A stretch of DNA of 64,000 bases, from NCBI GenBank assembly GCA_041650415.1, contig JBAZLC010000003.1, forward strand, positions 2,033-66,032. Reading direction: 5' to 3'. The notes beneath the pieces were generated by a model. That model was not told the DNA's origin. It did no database searches and saw only the letters and a program-made list of their open reading frames with translations. Position 1 is the stretch's first letter. Each line of letters starts with the position of its first letter. Source of the stretch: Minisyncoccota bacterium (GTDB lineage: Bacteria; Patescibacteriota; Minisyncoccia; UBA6257; UBA9933). Positions 54,281-63,157 of the stretch are shown here, in pieces. A program made the translations under genes and the position numbers.

Positions 54281-55414
54281 TTAACTTTTAAGCGCTTCTA
54301 TAATGGCTATCTCGAAAGGAACTATTACGAAGGGGGAGTATCGCATTTCCGTGTGCGCTTCAATAAGCAGCTTCATAAGCTTAATGGTTTTTTCGGCATC
54401 GGCGGATTTGGAATGTTTTTTTATAGCCTTCAATTCCTGGTCTGTCATTTCACGGCTAAAAACTTCTTCAAGCTCCGGGCTGAATTTCAAAGATAAAACC
54501 TTACGCAAATAATGGATTAAATCTTTATTGAATTGAATTAGGTTGTAGCCGTTTTCGTTAATTTCCGAAAGAAATTTTAAACTACCGGCTAAATCTTTAC
54601 TTATTAAAAGCTCTGCCAGTTCGGAAATCCGCTTGAAAGCCACTTGGCCGATAATGCTTTCCACGTCTTCCATTTCTATCTGAACTTCTTTCTTTTTATT
54701 TTTTGTCGTTTTTTGCTTCAATGAAGCTATCTGGTCAAGCAATGATTCCGCATCTCTGAAGCTTCCGCCGCCACTTGCGGCAATAAGTTCTATGGCGGAA
54801 TCGGAAATGTTTATTTTCTCTAACTTGGCGATGCTTTTCAGCTTTCCGATAATCGTTTCAAGCGGCAAACGCTTAAAATGGAATCTTTGAGTTCTTGAAA
54901 CGATCGTTGCCGGCATTTTTTCCAGTTCGGTAGTTACTAAAATCATCATCGCGTGCTCTGGTGGTTCTTCCAAAGTTTTAAGCAAAGCATTGAATGCATC
55001 CTTGGTTAGCTGATGGGCTTCATCAATAATATAGACCTTGCGGGTTAAAGCGGCGGGGGACACACGGATATTTTCTTTAAGATTTCTGATTTCGTCTATG
55101 CCTCTGTTTGAAGCGGCGTCTATTTCAATAACGTCCAGCGCCCGACCGGCATCTATTTCAAGACAAGCAGAACATTCATTACAAGGTTCTCCGGTTTTCT
55201 TAAAAACCTCGTCGGTCTGTCTTTTTTGGCAATTAGCAAGCTTGGCGATAATTCTTGCCGTAGTGGTTTTGCCGCTGCCCTTTGAGCCGTAAAATAAATA
55301 AGCGTGGGCTAAGCGGTCCAGCCGGCCGGCATTTTTAAGGGTTTCAGAAATAACATCCTGTCCAAGGATGTCTTCAAATGATTTTGGCCGATATTTTCGG
55401 TAGAGAACTAACAT
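54281..55414 (-). CDS. dnaX: DNA polymerase III subunit gamma/tau (short, gamma-sized)
   Basis: LYRKYRP, HAYLF.G.KGSGKTT, EIDAASNRGIDEIR, IIDEAH, FNALLKTLEEPP. Confidence 0.97.
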   Translation of the reverse strand: MLVLYRKYRPKSFEDILGQDVISETLKNAGRLDRLAHAYLFYGSKGSGKTTTARIIAKLANCQKRQTDEVFKKTGEPCNECSACLEIDAGRALDVIEIDAASNRGIDEIRNLKENIRVSPAALTRKVYIIDEAHQLTKDAFNALLKTLEEPPEHAMMILVTTELEKMPATIVSRTQRFHFKRLPLETIIGKLKSIAKLEKINISDSAIELIAASGGGSFRDAESLLDQIASLKQKTTKNKKKEVQIEMEDVESIIGQVAFKRISELAELLISKDLAGSLKFLSEINENGYNLIQFNKDLIHYLRKVLSLKFSPELEEVFSREMTDQELKAIKKHSKSADAEKTIKLMKLLIEAHTEMRYSPFVIVPFEIAIIEALKS

Positions 55415-55584
55415 AATTTACTTATAATAATAGAATAATTGCTTTAATACAACTCTCAATACTCGAAAATCTTCTTTTCCCGGTTTAACCGGTCAAGATC
55501 CGCCGACTGGAAAAGGCAGGTTTTCGCTTTTCGCCTAAAATGTAGGTTTTATGGGCTTAATTTGACTATTTCTTGACCTGCGTC

Positions 55585-55612
55585 TTGACAAGTCCGAAAA
55601 CCGCGCTATAAT
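55585..55612 (+). promoter_or_regulatory. sigma70 promoter for the 3D-domain/peptidoglycan operon
   Basis: TTGACA, 16 nt, TATAAT. Confidence 0.7.
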
Positions 55613-55626
55613 AAGGAAAATACTAT

Positions 55627-56121
55627 ATGAGTACAACCGCAGTCTTAGTGCTGCCTTTTTTTATAGCGAGCTTAGTCGCTGCCGGGCCACTTATCAATGT
55701 GGACCCCAGCCACGCGGAATCAGTAGACGCGCTCAAATCAAGCCCGCTTCAAAGTCAAAAAGTAGAGCTTTTAGCTCAAGGTCATCCGGTTCTGAAAGAA
55801 TCGTCAGTTTTGCGGGATTCAGCCAATAAACCTCAAAAAGTGGTCAAAATTCTTGCCACGGCTTATTCAAGTTCGGTTGATGAGACGGATGACACTCCTT
55901 TTATAACTGCTTCGGGAAATCACGTGAGAAATGGAATCGTTGCCGCCAACTTTTTACCGTTCGGTTCCAAAGTTAGATTGCCGGCGGTTTTCGGCGACAG
56001 AGTTTTTACCGTTGAAGACAGGTTGAAAGACGGTTATAATGACAGAGTTGATATTTGGTTTCCAAGCAAGGGAGAAGCTTTAAATTTTGGAGTTAAAATC
56101 ACCGACCTGGAAATCCTTTGA
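55627..56121 (+). CDS. 3D domain (lytic transglycosylase-like) protein
   Basis: ATAYSS..ETDDTPFITASG, VAANFLPFGSKV, VEDR, RVDIWF. Confidence 0.88.
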   Translation: MSTTAVLVLPFFIASLVAAGPLINVDPSHAESVDALKSSPLQSQKVELLAQGHPVLKESSVLRDSANKPQKVVKILATAYSSSVDETDDTPFITASGNHVRNGIVAANFLPFGSKVRLPAVFGDRVFTVEDRLKDGYNDRVDIWFPSKGEALNFGVKITDLEIL

Positions 56122-56125
56122 TAAA

Positions 56126-57436
56126 ATGTTTCAAAATAAAAAAACTTCGCGATATTTCACAATTCTCATTAGTTTAATAATTATCGCTGTATGTTTTTTC
56201 GCCGGATTTAAGGCCGGTCTTTTTTTATTTTCAAAAAAAACGCAAATGGTCGCTTCAGTCGCCCCGGCGATAACCGAAACAATTTCAACTTCGACTCAAG
56301 CGGCCGTGATTGTTAAAGAAAATTATTGCGCTCCGGACATAAAATTTTCGGAAGAATCAGATAAAGAATTTTGCTCTCAAAAATCCAAAATCGGAGGCGA
56401 AAAAGGATTGGAAATAAACTTAACGGCGTCGAAAGCTTTTCTTTATGAAAACGAGAAATTAACCAATGTTTTTCCACTGGCTTACCAATCACAGGAAGGA
56501 AAATGGTTTCAGGCGCCAACCGGTTATTATTTTGCCGGAGCGAAATACGAAAAACACGTATCCTCGATTTTCCCGGTAACAATGCCTTACGCTTTCCAAT
56601 ATTACGAAGACTTTTTTATTCATGGTATTCCGTACTATAAAAACGGCGAACAAGTTACCTCAAGCTTTACCGGAGGCTGTTTGCGGTTTGGTGAAGGCAT
56701 AGACAAACAAATATACGATTTTATAAATCCGGGCGACCAAATTTTGGTTTATAAAACTTTTGATGATTTAGAACTTAAAGAAGGATTTTCCGCTCAGGTT
56801 GATTTGAAAGATTTTTGGATTCGCCAAAGATACAATAATCCATATCGCAATTCATGGATTTTCGGCGGAACGGAATATTTAAAGTTTGATTATTACCAGC
56901 ATACTGGACTTGATTTCGCGCCGAATCCCGATTCAAAAAATAAAAACGTTTATTCCATTTATGACGGCGTCGTTTCTGAAGTTGTAAAGCTTGGAGAAGT
57001 TGACCATGGTTTTGGCAATACGGTAATTATTGAACATAAAATCTCTTCGGCGAGTTCGACAAAAATTAAAACTATTTATTCTTTATACGGACATCTTTCT
57101 TTAATTGACATGGGTATCGTCAAAGGAGCTATAATAAAGAAAGGAGAGAAAATCGGTGAAATTGGCAACAGCGGTTATGGCTGCGAAAATTACTGGCGCA
57201 TAGGAAAAGATGGCTGCGAGGAAACCGGCAAAGCGGATACACATCTTCATTTTGAATTGAAAAAAGCCCCTGTTTTGGAAAATCCCGAGAAAGGGGACGC
57301 ATGTCAGGGTCCGGGCGCCGAATGGCGGTTTTGCTATGGTTCCACGCCTGAATATCCGGGAGATTACGGCTATTACGACCCAACAGAGTACTTATTTACC
57401 AAACTACAAACTACAAACACGAGCATAACAAACTAA
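56126..57436 (+). CDS. L,D-transpeptidase-like domain fused to M23 metallopeptidase
   Basis: APTG, FIHG...TGGCLR (YkuD-like); HTGLD, YGHL, HLHFE (M23); N-terminal TM. Confidence 0.82.
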   Translation: MFQNKKTSRYFTILISLIIIAVCFFAGFKAGLFLFSKKTQMVASVAPAITETISTSTQAAVIVKENYCAPDIKFSEESDKEFCSQKSKIGGEKGLEINLTASKAFLYENEKLTNVFPLAYQSQEGKWFQAPTGYYFAGAKYEKHVSSIFPVTMPYAFQYYEDFFIHGIPYYKNGEQVTSSFTGGCLRFGEGIDKQIYDFINPGDQILVYKTFDDLELKEGFSAQVDLKDFWIRQRYNNPYRNSWIFGGTEYLKFDYYQHTGLDFAPNPDSKNKNVYSIYDGVVSEVVKLGEVDHGFGNTVIIEHKISSASSTKIKTIYSLYGHLSLIDMGIVKGAIIKKGEKIGEIGNSGYGCENYWRIGKDGCEETGKADTHLHFELKKAPVLENPEKGDACQGPGAEWRFCYGSTPEYPGDYGYYDPTEYLFTKLQTTNTSITN

Positions 57437-57439
57437 TAA

Positions 57440-58138
57440 ATGTACGAATACACCACGGAAAAATTTTCCGGTCCCATTGAAAAGCTTTTGGAACTTATTG
57501 AAGAAAAAAAGCTCGAGATAACCGATTTGAGCCTGGCGGAAATAACTGCCGATTTTTTAGAATACGTTAAAAAAATCGAAGCGATTGAACCGCGTCTACT
57601 TGCCGATTTTGTCGCCGTTGCCGCCAGTCTTTTGCTTATAAAATCAAAATCTCTCTTGCCCGACCTTAAGTTAACGACTGATGAAGAAGAAAATATAAGA
57701 GATTTGGAAGGCCGGTTGGATTTTTACCGCAATTTTAAGCCGGCAATGGCTCATATTAAAAGATTGGCGCAAGAAAAAAACGTTGAAATTTCCAGACCGT
57801 TGTTTTTCTGCAGGCCAGAAGTTTTTTACCCGTCGCCCAAAATTACAATCGAAAATTTATTGAAAGCGGCGGAGAAAGTTTTGGAAGCTATCCGCGAGAT
57901 GCCCGAAGAGCAAAAAATAGAACGCTCGCTCGTAACGCTTGAAGAGAAAATAGAAGAAATAGTCGCCAGGCTAAAAGCGGAATTGGAACATTCCACAAGT
58001 TTCGGAAGTTTATTAAAAGACAAACCGCGTTCGGAAGTAGTGGTTCTATTCCTGGCGCTGCTTCATTTGCTTGCCGGACAAAAGATAAGCGTTCAGCAAA
58101 ACAAGGGTTTTTCTGATATACTAATAGAACAAAAATAA
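57440..58138 (+). CDS. scpA: Segregation and condensation protein A
   Basis: FSGPIEKLLELIE, LLLIKSKSLLP, FLALLHL. Confidence 0.93.
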   Translation: MYEYTTEKFSGPIEKLLELIEEKKLEITDLSLAEITADFLEYVKKIEAIEPRLLADFVAVAASLLLIKSKSLLPDLKLTTDEEENIRDLEGRLDFYRNFKPAMAHIKRLAQEKNVEISRPLFFCRPEVFYPSPKITIENLLKAAEKVLEAIREMPEEQKIERSLVTLEEKIEEIVARLKAELEHSTSFGSLLKDKPRSEVVVLFLALLHLLAGQKISVQQNKGFSDILIEQK

Positions 58139-58143
58139 AAATT

Positions 58144-58716
58144 ATGGAAGAAAATAAGAAAAATATAACAGCGGAAGTAGAGGCTTTGCTATTTGTTTAT
58201 GGCGAAGAATTGGAAGTGAAAAAGATTTCTAAAATGCTCTCGAAAAACAGAAGTAAGGTTTCCGAAGCGGAAGTCAAAGACGCGATAAGCGAACTTCAAA
58301 AAAAATATGCGGAAAACGGCGGATTGAATTTGCTTTTTTCAGACTCGCCGGCCGGGCAAAAAGTCCAGCTCGTAACAAAACCTGAATTCGCTCCGCTTAT
58401 TGAGGAATTCATTAAAGACGAATTTAAAGAAGATTTGACTCCGGCGTCGCTTGAAACGCTTTCTTTAATCGCGTATCTCGGTCCGGTTTCAAGAGCGCAG
58501 ATAGATTATTACAGGGGAGTGAATTCCAGTTTTATTTTAAGAAATTTGCTGATGCGCGGATTGGTTGAACGGTATAATGACCCGCAAAGAGCGAACATAT
58601 ATCTTTATCAGGCCAGTTTTGATTTATTGAAATACTTGGGGATTTCAAAGATTGAAGACTTGCCGGAATATGATAAGTTTAAAGCTATAATAAACAACCA
58701 ACAACAAACAACATAA
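58144..58716 (+). CDS. scpB: Segregation and condensation protein B
   Basis: EALLFV, LTPASLETLSLIAY..PVSRAQID..RGVNS. Confidence 0.94.
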   Translation: MEENKKNITAEVEALLFVYGEELEVKKISKMLSKNRSKVSEAEVKDAISELQKKYAENGGLNLLFSDSPAGQKVQLVTKPEFAPLIEEFIKDEFKEDLTPASLETLSLIAYLGPVSRAQIDYYRGVNSSFILRNLLMRGLVERYNDPQRANIYLYQASFDLLKYLGISKIEDLPEYDKFKAIINNQQQTT

Positions 58717-58719
58717 AAT

Positions 58720-59856
58720 ATGCAAATACAAGCAATATTACTTTCTTTGGTTATTTTGTTATCGATAGCGATAAATTCGGGAACGCATAACAACGCTCCT
58801 TCTTTGGCGTCTTCGCAAACAATTCAAACAGAACAAAGCGGGCAAATAGCCGCACAGGCGGCAAAACAAGATGTCGCGAGAACGGAAGAAAAAACAATTG
58901 AAAACAAACAGCCGGAATTAAAAAATCCGTTTATTGTTTTCATCGGCGATGTTTATTTGGCGGTTTCCCAAAGAGCAATTAGTCTGGGGAAAAGCCTTGC
59001 CCTTGCCGCGAGCAGTATTGGCGATAATTCCGCCAAAGACCCTGTTCCGGCGCCAAATTCAACTTCTACTTCCGATTCAACCCTTATTTCAAAGCCCGAT
59101 ATCGCCGAAGTCCAATTAAAATGCGACCCGAGCGGATATGATTTTACCAATAAAGCGATGCTCGCGAAATACATAGACGACGGAATAATTTTTGAATCAA
59201 ACTCCGAAAACCGCTGGCCCATTGCCTCAATAACCAAATTAATGACGGCCGTTGTGGCTCTCGAAAAAACCGATACGGGTAAAGAGATAAAAATTACCGA
59301 GGAAATAGTCAACGTGGAAGGCTTGGCGGGAGGCTTTAAAGTCGGAGAATCTTTTAAAGAGCTTGATTTGATTAAGGCGATGCTTGTGGCTTCAAGCAAT
59401 GACGCGGCGGAAGCGATAGCCGAGAATTTCGAAGGCGGAAAACAGGCATTCGTGGATGAAATGCAAAAGAAAGCCACGGGGCTTAAAATGTTTCAAACGA
59501 CTTATTTGGAACCGACCGGACTTTCTTTTATCAATCAATCTACGGCAAAAGATTTATCAATTTTAATGTCTTATATTTATTCCGAGCATCCGGAGATTCT
59601 CGATATTTCCCGCCAGGAAGAAATCAGAATAATAGACCTTCAATCGGGCAAACTTAAAAAAATATTGAATATCGATAAATTTGCGGGGCAGGAAGATTTT
59701 GTCGGCGGCAAAACCGGATTCATAGACGAGTCGGGCAGGAACTTAATAGGGGTTTTCGATATTTCCGGGAAAATGATTGTTACCGTTGTTTTGGGAGCGA
59801 ATAATTCATTTGACGAAACAAGCGAATTAAAAAGCTTAGTTCAAAATTGTTTGTAA
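58720..59856 (+). CDS. S11 D-Ala-D-Ala carboxypeptidase-like protein
   Basis: ASITKLMTA (SxxK), SSNDAA (SxN), GGKTG. Confidence 0.9.
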   Translation: MQIQAILLSLVILLSIAINSGTHNNAPSLASSQTIQTEQSGQIAAQAAKQDVARTEEKTIENKQPELKNPFIVFIGDVYLAVSQRAISLGKSLALAASSIGDNSAKDPVPAPNSTSTSDSTLISKPDIAEVQLKCDPSGYDFTNKAMLAKYIDDGIIFESNSENRWPIASITKLMTAVVALEKTDTGKEIKITEEIVNVEGLAGGFKVGESFKELDLIKAMLVASSNDAAEAIAENFEGGKQAFVDEMQKKATGLKMFQTTYLEPTGLSFINQSTAKDLSILMSYIYSEHPEILDISRQEEIRIIDLQSGKLKKILNIDKFAGQEDFVGGKTGFIDESGRNLIGVFDISGKMIVTVVLGANNSFDETSELKSLVQNCL

Positions 59857-59877
59857 TTTATAGTATGTAGTTTAAAT

Positions 59878-60951
59878 ATGTACAGTACCCACATTTTTTT
59901 AATAATTAAAATTATTTGCGCGTTTGTTTTATCTTTCACTTTGGCGCTTGCCCTGTCACCGGCCTTGATAAGGCTTCTTTATAAATATAAATGCTGGAAG
60001 AAAAAGCCTCGCGAGTTCGCTCCGGGCGGAGAAAGAACTCCGATTTTTACCGAGCTTCATGGCACGAAAGAAATTTCAACTCCGCGGATGGGAGGAATTT
60101 TAATTTGGGGAACGGTTTTGATAATCAGCCTGGGAACTTTTATCGTTTCCAAATTCATGCCCGAAGCGCTGGGAATGAAAGTGAATTTTCTTTCGCGTTC
60201 GCAAACCTGGCTGCCGCTTTTCAGTTTGGTGGCGGCTTCGATTCTTGGGCTTGTCGACGACATATTGGTTATAAACAATAAAGGTAAATACATCGGCGGG
60301 GGAATCAGATTTAAAGTGCGAATGGCTTTAATCGGATTGATAGCGGCCGCGGGCGCCTGGTGGTTTTACGTCAAGCTTGGCTGGTCCAGCATCTATATTC
60401 CTTTTTACGGAAATTTGGAAATAGATGGTTTCTATATGTTGCTTTTTATCATTGTCGTTTTGGCGACTTTTTCGGGCGGAGTGGTGGATGGCCTAGACGG
60501 GCTTTCGGCCGGAGTATTAATGCCGATTTTTGCGGCTTTCGGAGTTATCGCTTATTCAAGAGGACTTTATGATATGGCGACTTTCATCGCGATTATTATA
60601 GGTGCTTTGCTGACTTATTTGTGGTTTAACATTCACCCCGCAAGATTTTATATGGGGGAGACGGGCATCATGGGGCTTACCGTTGTTTTGGCGGTCATCG
60701 CTTTTTTGACGAATTCCGTTTTATTCTTGCCAGTTATCGCTTTCGTGTTAGTGCTTGAGTCGGGCTCGGTGATAATTCAATTACTCTCGAAAAAGTTCAG
60801 AGGAAAAAAAGTGTTTTTGTCGGCGCCCATACACCATCATTTTGAAGCTCTTGGCTGGCCGGAAACGCAAGTAACCATGCGTTTTTGGATTATCTCCGGC
60901 GTCTTCAGCGGCCTTGGATTAGTCTTGTTTTTCCTAAGCAAATTCCTCTAA
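59878..60951 (+). CDS. mraY: Phospho-N-acetylmuramoyl-pentapeptide transferase
   Basis: TPRMGG, GLVDD, DGLDGL, WFNIHPARFYMGETG, APIHHHFEALGWPE. Confidence 0.95.
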   Translation: MYSTHIFLIIKIICAFVLSFTLALALSPALIRLLYKYKCWKKKPREFAPGGERTPIFTELHGTKEISTPRMGGILIWGTVLIISLGTFIVSKFMPEALGMKVNFLSRSQTWLPLFSLVAASILGLVDDILVINNKGKYIGGGIRFKVRMALIGLIAAAGAWWFYVKLGWSSIYIPFYGNLEIDGFYMLLFIIVVLATFSGGVVDGLDGLSAGVLMPIFAAFGVIAYSRGLYDMATFIAIIIGALLTYLWFNIHPARFYMGETGIMGLTVVLAVIAFLTNSVLFLPVIAFVLVLESGSVIIQLLSKKFRGKKVFLSAPIHHHFEALGWPETQVTMRFWIISGVFSGLGLVLFFLSKFL

Positions 60952-61009
60952 TTGCTTATGTTGATAACTTTAGTTTGCTTGTTCTTGCGATTTTGATATA
61001 ATGATATCA

Positions 61010-61237
61010 GATCGTTAAAACAACCAGAGGAGATGGAGGGACAATATAGTCCCAACTACCGCATGACAAGTGCGAGCTTCGTTCAAAAGACAAAATTGTC
61101 CCCTGTGATGTCTCAAAATGACGGGAACGTGAACAAAGCTTACGCGCGCATTCGCGGAATGGCTAATCGCCGAATGGTATAGAGCCTTCCATCTTCTCTT
61201 CTCGATACAAGCCGTGAACTCGTTTCACGGCTTTTTT
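61010..61237 (+). ncRNA. Putative ~175-230-nt rod-like RNA (6S-like architecture)
   Basis: TG-a-TATAAT at 60994-61002; 15-bp closing stem 61026-61040/61185-61199; bubble, then CCGC/GCGG, AGCTT/AAGCT, GTTCA/TGAAC; terminator 61209-61237. Confidence 0.6.
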
Positions 61238-61246
61238 CTTTACTTG

Positions 61247-61303
61247 ACCCCACACATAAGAAATTATGTGTGGGGTTGACAAATTTAGATGACGTGCTAT
61301 AAT
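61247..61303 (+). promoter_or_regulatory. 13-bp palindrome abutting a TTGACA-16-TATAAT promoter
   Basis: ACCCCACACATAA-GAAA-TTATGTGTGGGGT; TTGACA 61276-61281; TG-c-TATAAT 61298-61303. Confidence 0.75.
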
Positions 61304-61309
61304 ACGATT

Positions 61310-61667
61310 AAGTTCATTGAGATAGTTTTGAAGGAGAAGGCTGGGTCGGTACTCGTCCTCAGCGGCGGCATAGTCTAGGGTTGACTGCGTTGTTTCATCC
61401 CGCACCTATGCGCAGTGCAGCCGGAGGCAACGCTTGGGGCCAACACAAACGCCGGCGAATGGGCCCCGGTTTGCGAATTGGGTGCATCGCATGAAGCGTT
61501 ACGGATGCGGTCGTCGCCTCCCTGGATCTCTCGCGATTCTGCGGTGGTTGAATTTCCCGCAAATCATCCTCGAGAGCAGGAGCCGAACTGCAAATCCGGG
61601 CCGCGGCACGTCCCAGTCTTCTCCCCCTATATAGCCGGAAACTTTCAGTATAGTTCCCGGCTTTTTT
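61310..61667 (+). ncRNA. Putative GC-rich multibranch RNA with ~290-nt core, family unknown
   Basis: 13-bp closing stem GGAGAAGGCTGGG/CCCAGTCTTCTCC; nested GGAGGC/GCCTCC, AACGCTT/AAGCGTT, GGGGCC/GGCCCC, CTCTCG/CGAGAG; terminator 61633-61667. Confidence 0.65.
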
Positions 61668-61699
61668 ATTTGTCTTTAAATTTGCTATAATAAACCCTA

Positions 61700-63157
61700 A
61701 TGACTACGCTTATTAAAAACGTTCAACTTATTGACGGCTCCGGTAAACCGGCTTTTAAGGCGGATGTTTTAATCCGCAATGAAAAAATTTCCGCAATAGG
61801 CAATTTCCCAACCTATAAAGCTCACGATACTATAGAGGGTTTTGGCGCGTATCTTGCGCCAGGCTTTATAGATATAAATAACAATGCAGACCACTATTTG
61901 ACGCTTTTCTCAAATCCTTCGCAAAAGGATTATTTATTAGAAGGCGTTACCACGATTATCGGCGGCCAATGCGGAGCATCGCTCGCGCCATTGCTTTATG
62001 GTTCTTTGGAATCGATTAAAGATTGGGCGGATATCGGGAAAATGAATATCGGTTGGCACACGGTTAAAGAATTTTTGAATATTCTAAACGGTTTGAAATT
62101 TGGAGTTAATTTCGGCACGCTCGCCGGCCACCGCACGATTCGCCAGGCGCTAGCCGGAGATTCAAAAAGAGATTTATCGGGAAGCGAATTGAAAATTTTT
62201 AATTTGATTTTAAACCGCGCCTTGAAAGACGGCGCCTTTGGATTTTCAACCGGACTCGGATACATTCATGCCAAACAAACCTCTTACAACGAAATAAAAT
62301 CTCTTGTCGAAGTTGTCGCGAAAAACAAATCGCTTTACGCGACGCATTTACGGAACGAAAAAAGGGGACTGCTCCAATCGGTAAATGAAACAATCAGTAT
62401 TGCCAAAGAAACCGGAGCCAGAGTTTTAATAAGTCATTTCCGCCCGCTTTCAGGCTACGGTACGGATTACGAAGAAGCGATTGATTTGATAAGTAAGAAT
62501 TCCGCCAGAGCCGACGTTTGTTTTGATATTTATCCTTCGGATTTAAGCGCGGTTTTGGTTCACGATATTTTGCCCGAATGGGTTAAAGAAGGAAATACCG
62601 AGACTATTTTAAAAGACATCGAGACTCCCGGATTCAGGAGTAAAATTATGCGCGAGCTTCCACGATTCAGTATTGATGAAACGATTATTTTAAACGCGCC
62701 CTTAAACGCTTATTTGAACGGTAAGTCCTTAAAAGAATTTTCCGAAAACAGGGATTTGAAGCCTGCCGAAGGAATTTTGGAATTAATGAAAATAACCGGT
62801 TTGCGGGCGGTAATTTCATATAAAAACGTCAGTCTGAAAAAGACCATAAACGCCATAAAAAACGACAGAGCGATTGTCGCTTCGAATAATATTCCGAAAA
62901 CTTTCACCGGACTTTTGGAATTGGCGGAAAAAGGGAAATCTTTGCCTATTGAAACCGCGATTTACAAAATTACCGGTTTTCCGGCGCAGCGTCTCGGATT
63001 AAAAAATAGGGGATTGCTAAAAGAAGGATTCGCCGCCGACCTTACGCTTTTCAAGAACGCGCAAATTAGGGAAGTTATCGTGGCAGGCAAAAGAGCTGTA
63101 AAAGACGGAACTTTCCAAAATATTTTGGCGGGTCAAATTTTAAAACATGAAGTTTAA
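61700..63157 (+). CDS. D-aminoacylase-like amidohydrolase with degenerate metal site
   Basis: IDGSG..ADV, APGFID, GVTTIIGGQCG, GFSTGLGY, THLRNE, RGLLKEGFAADL. Confidence 0.85.
   Translation: MTTLIKNVQLIDGSGKPAFKADVLIRNEKISAIGNFPTYKAHDTIEGFGAYLAPGFIDINNNADHYLTLFSNPSQKDYLLEGVTTIIGGQCGASLAPLLYGSLESIKDWADIGKMNIGWHTVKEFLNILNGLKFGVNFGTLAGHRTIRQALAGDSKRDLSGSELKIFNLILNRALKDGAFGFSTGLGYIHAKQTSYNEIKSLVEVVAKNKSLYATHLRNEKRGLLQSVNETISIAKETGARVLISHFRPLSGYGTDYEEAIDLISKNSARADVCFDIYPSDLSAVLVHDILPEWVKEGNTETILKDIETPGFRSKIMRELPRFSIDETIILNAPLNAYLNGKSLKEFSENRDLKPAEGILELMKITGLRAVISYKNVSLKKTINAIKNDRAIVASNNIPKTFTGLLELAEKGKSLPIETAIYKITGFPAQRLGLKNRGLLKEGFAADLTLFKNAQIREVIVAGKRAVKDGTFQNILAGQILKHEV

Noticed and set aside
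55464-55526. SRP RNA upstream of dnaX
   Set aside because: An imperfect hairpin is present, but the conserved SRP internal loop and GNRA motif are missing.
61310-61630. RNase P RNA, tmRNA, SRP RNA or group II intron domain V
   Set aside because: No GAGGAAAGTCC, no TCCACCA/T-arm end, and no SRP helix-8 motif. GAGCCG...GCACGT resembles domain V but lacks the pairing CGGTTC strand.
61163-61690. ORFs 61163-61405, 61415-61690 and 61434-61634
   Set aside because: No SD or family motifs; they cross promoters or terminators and are expected by chance in GC-rich structured sequence.
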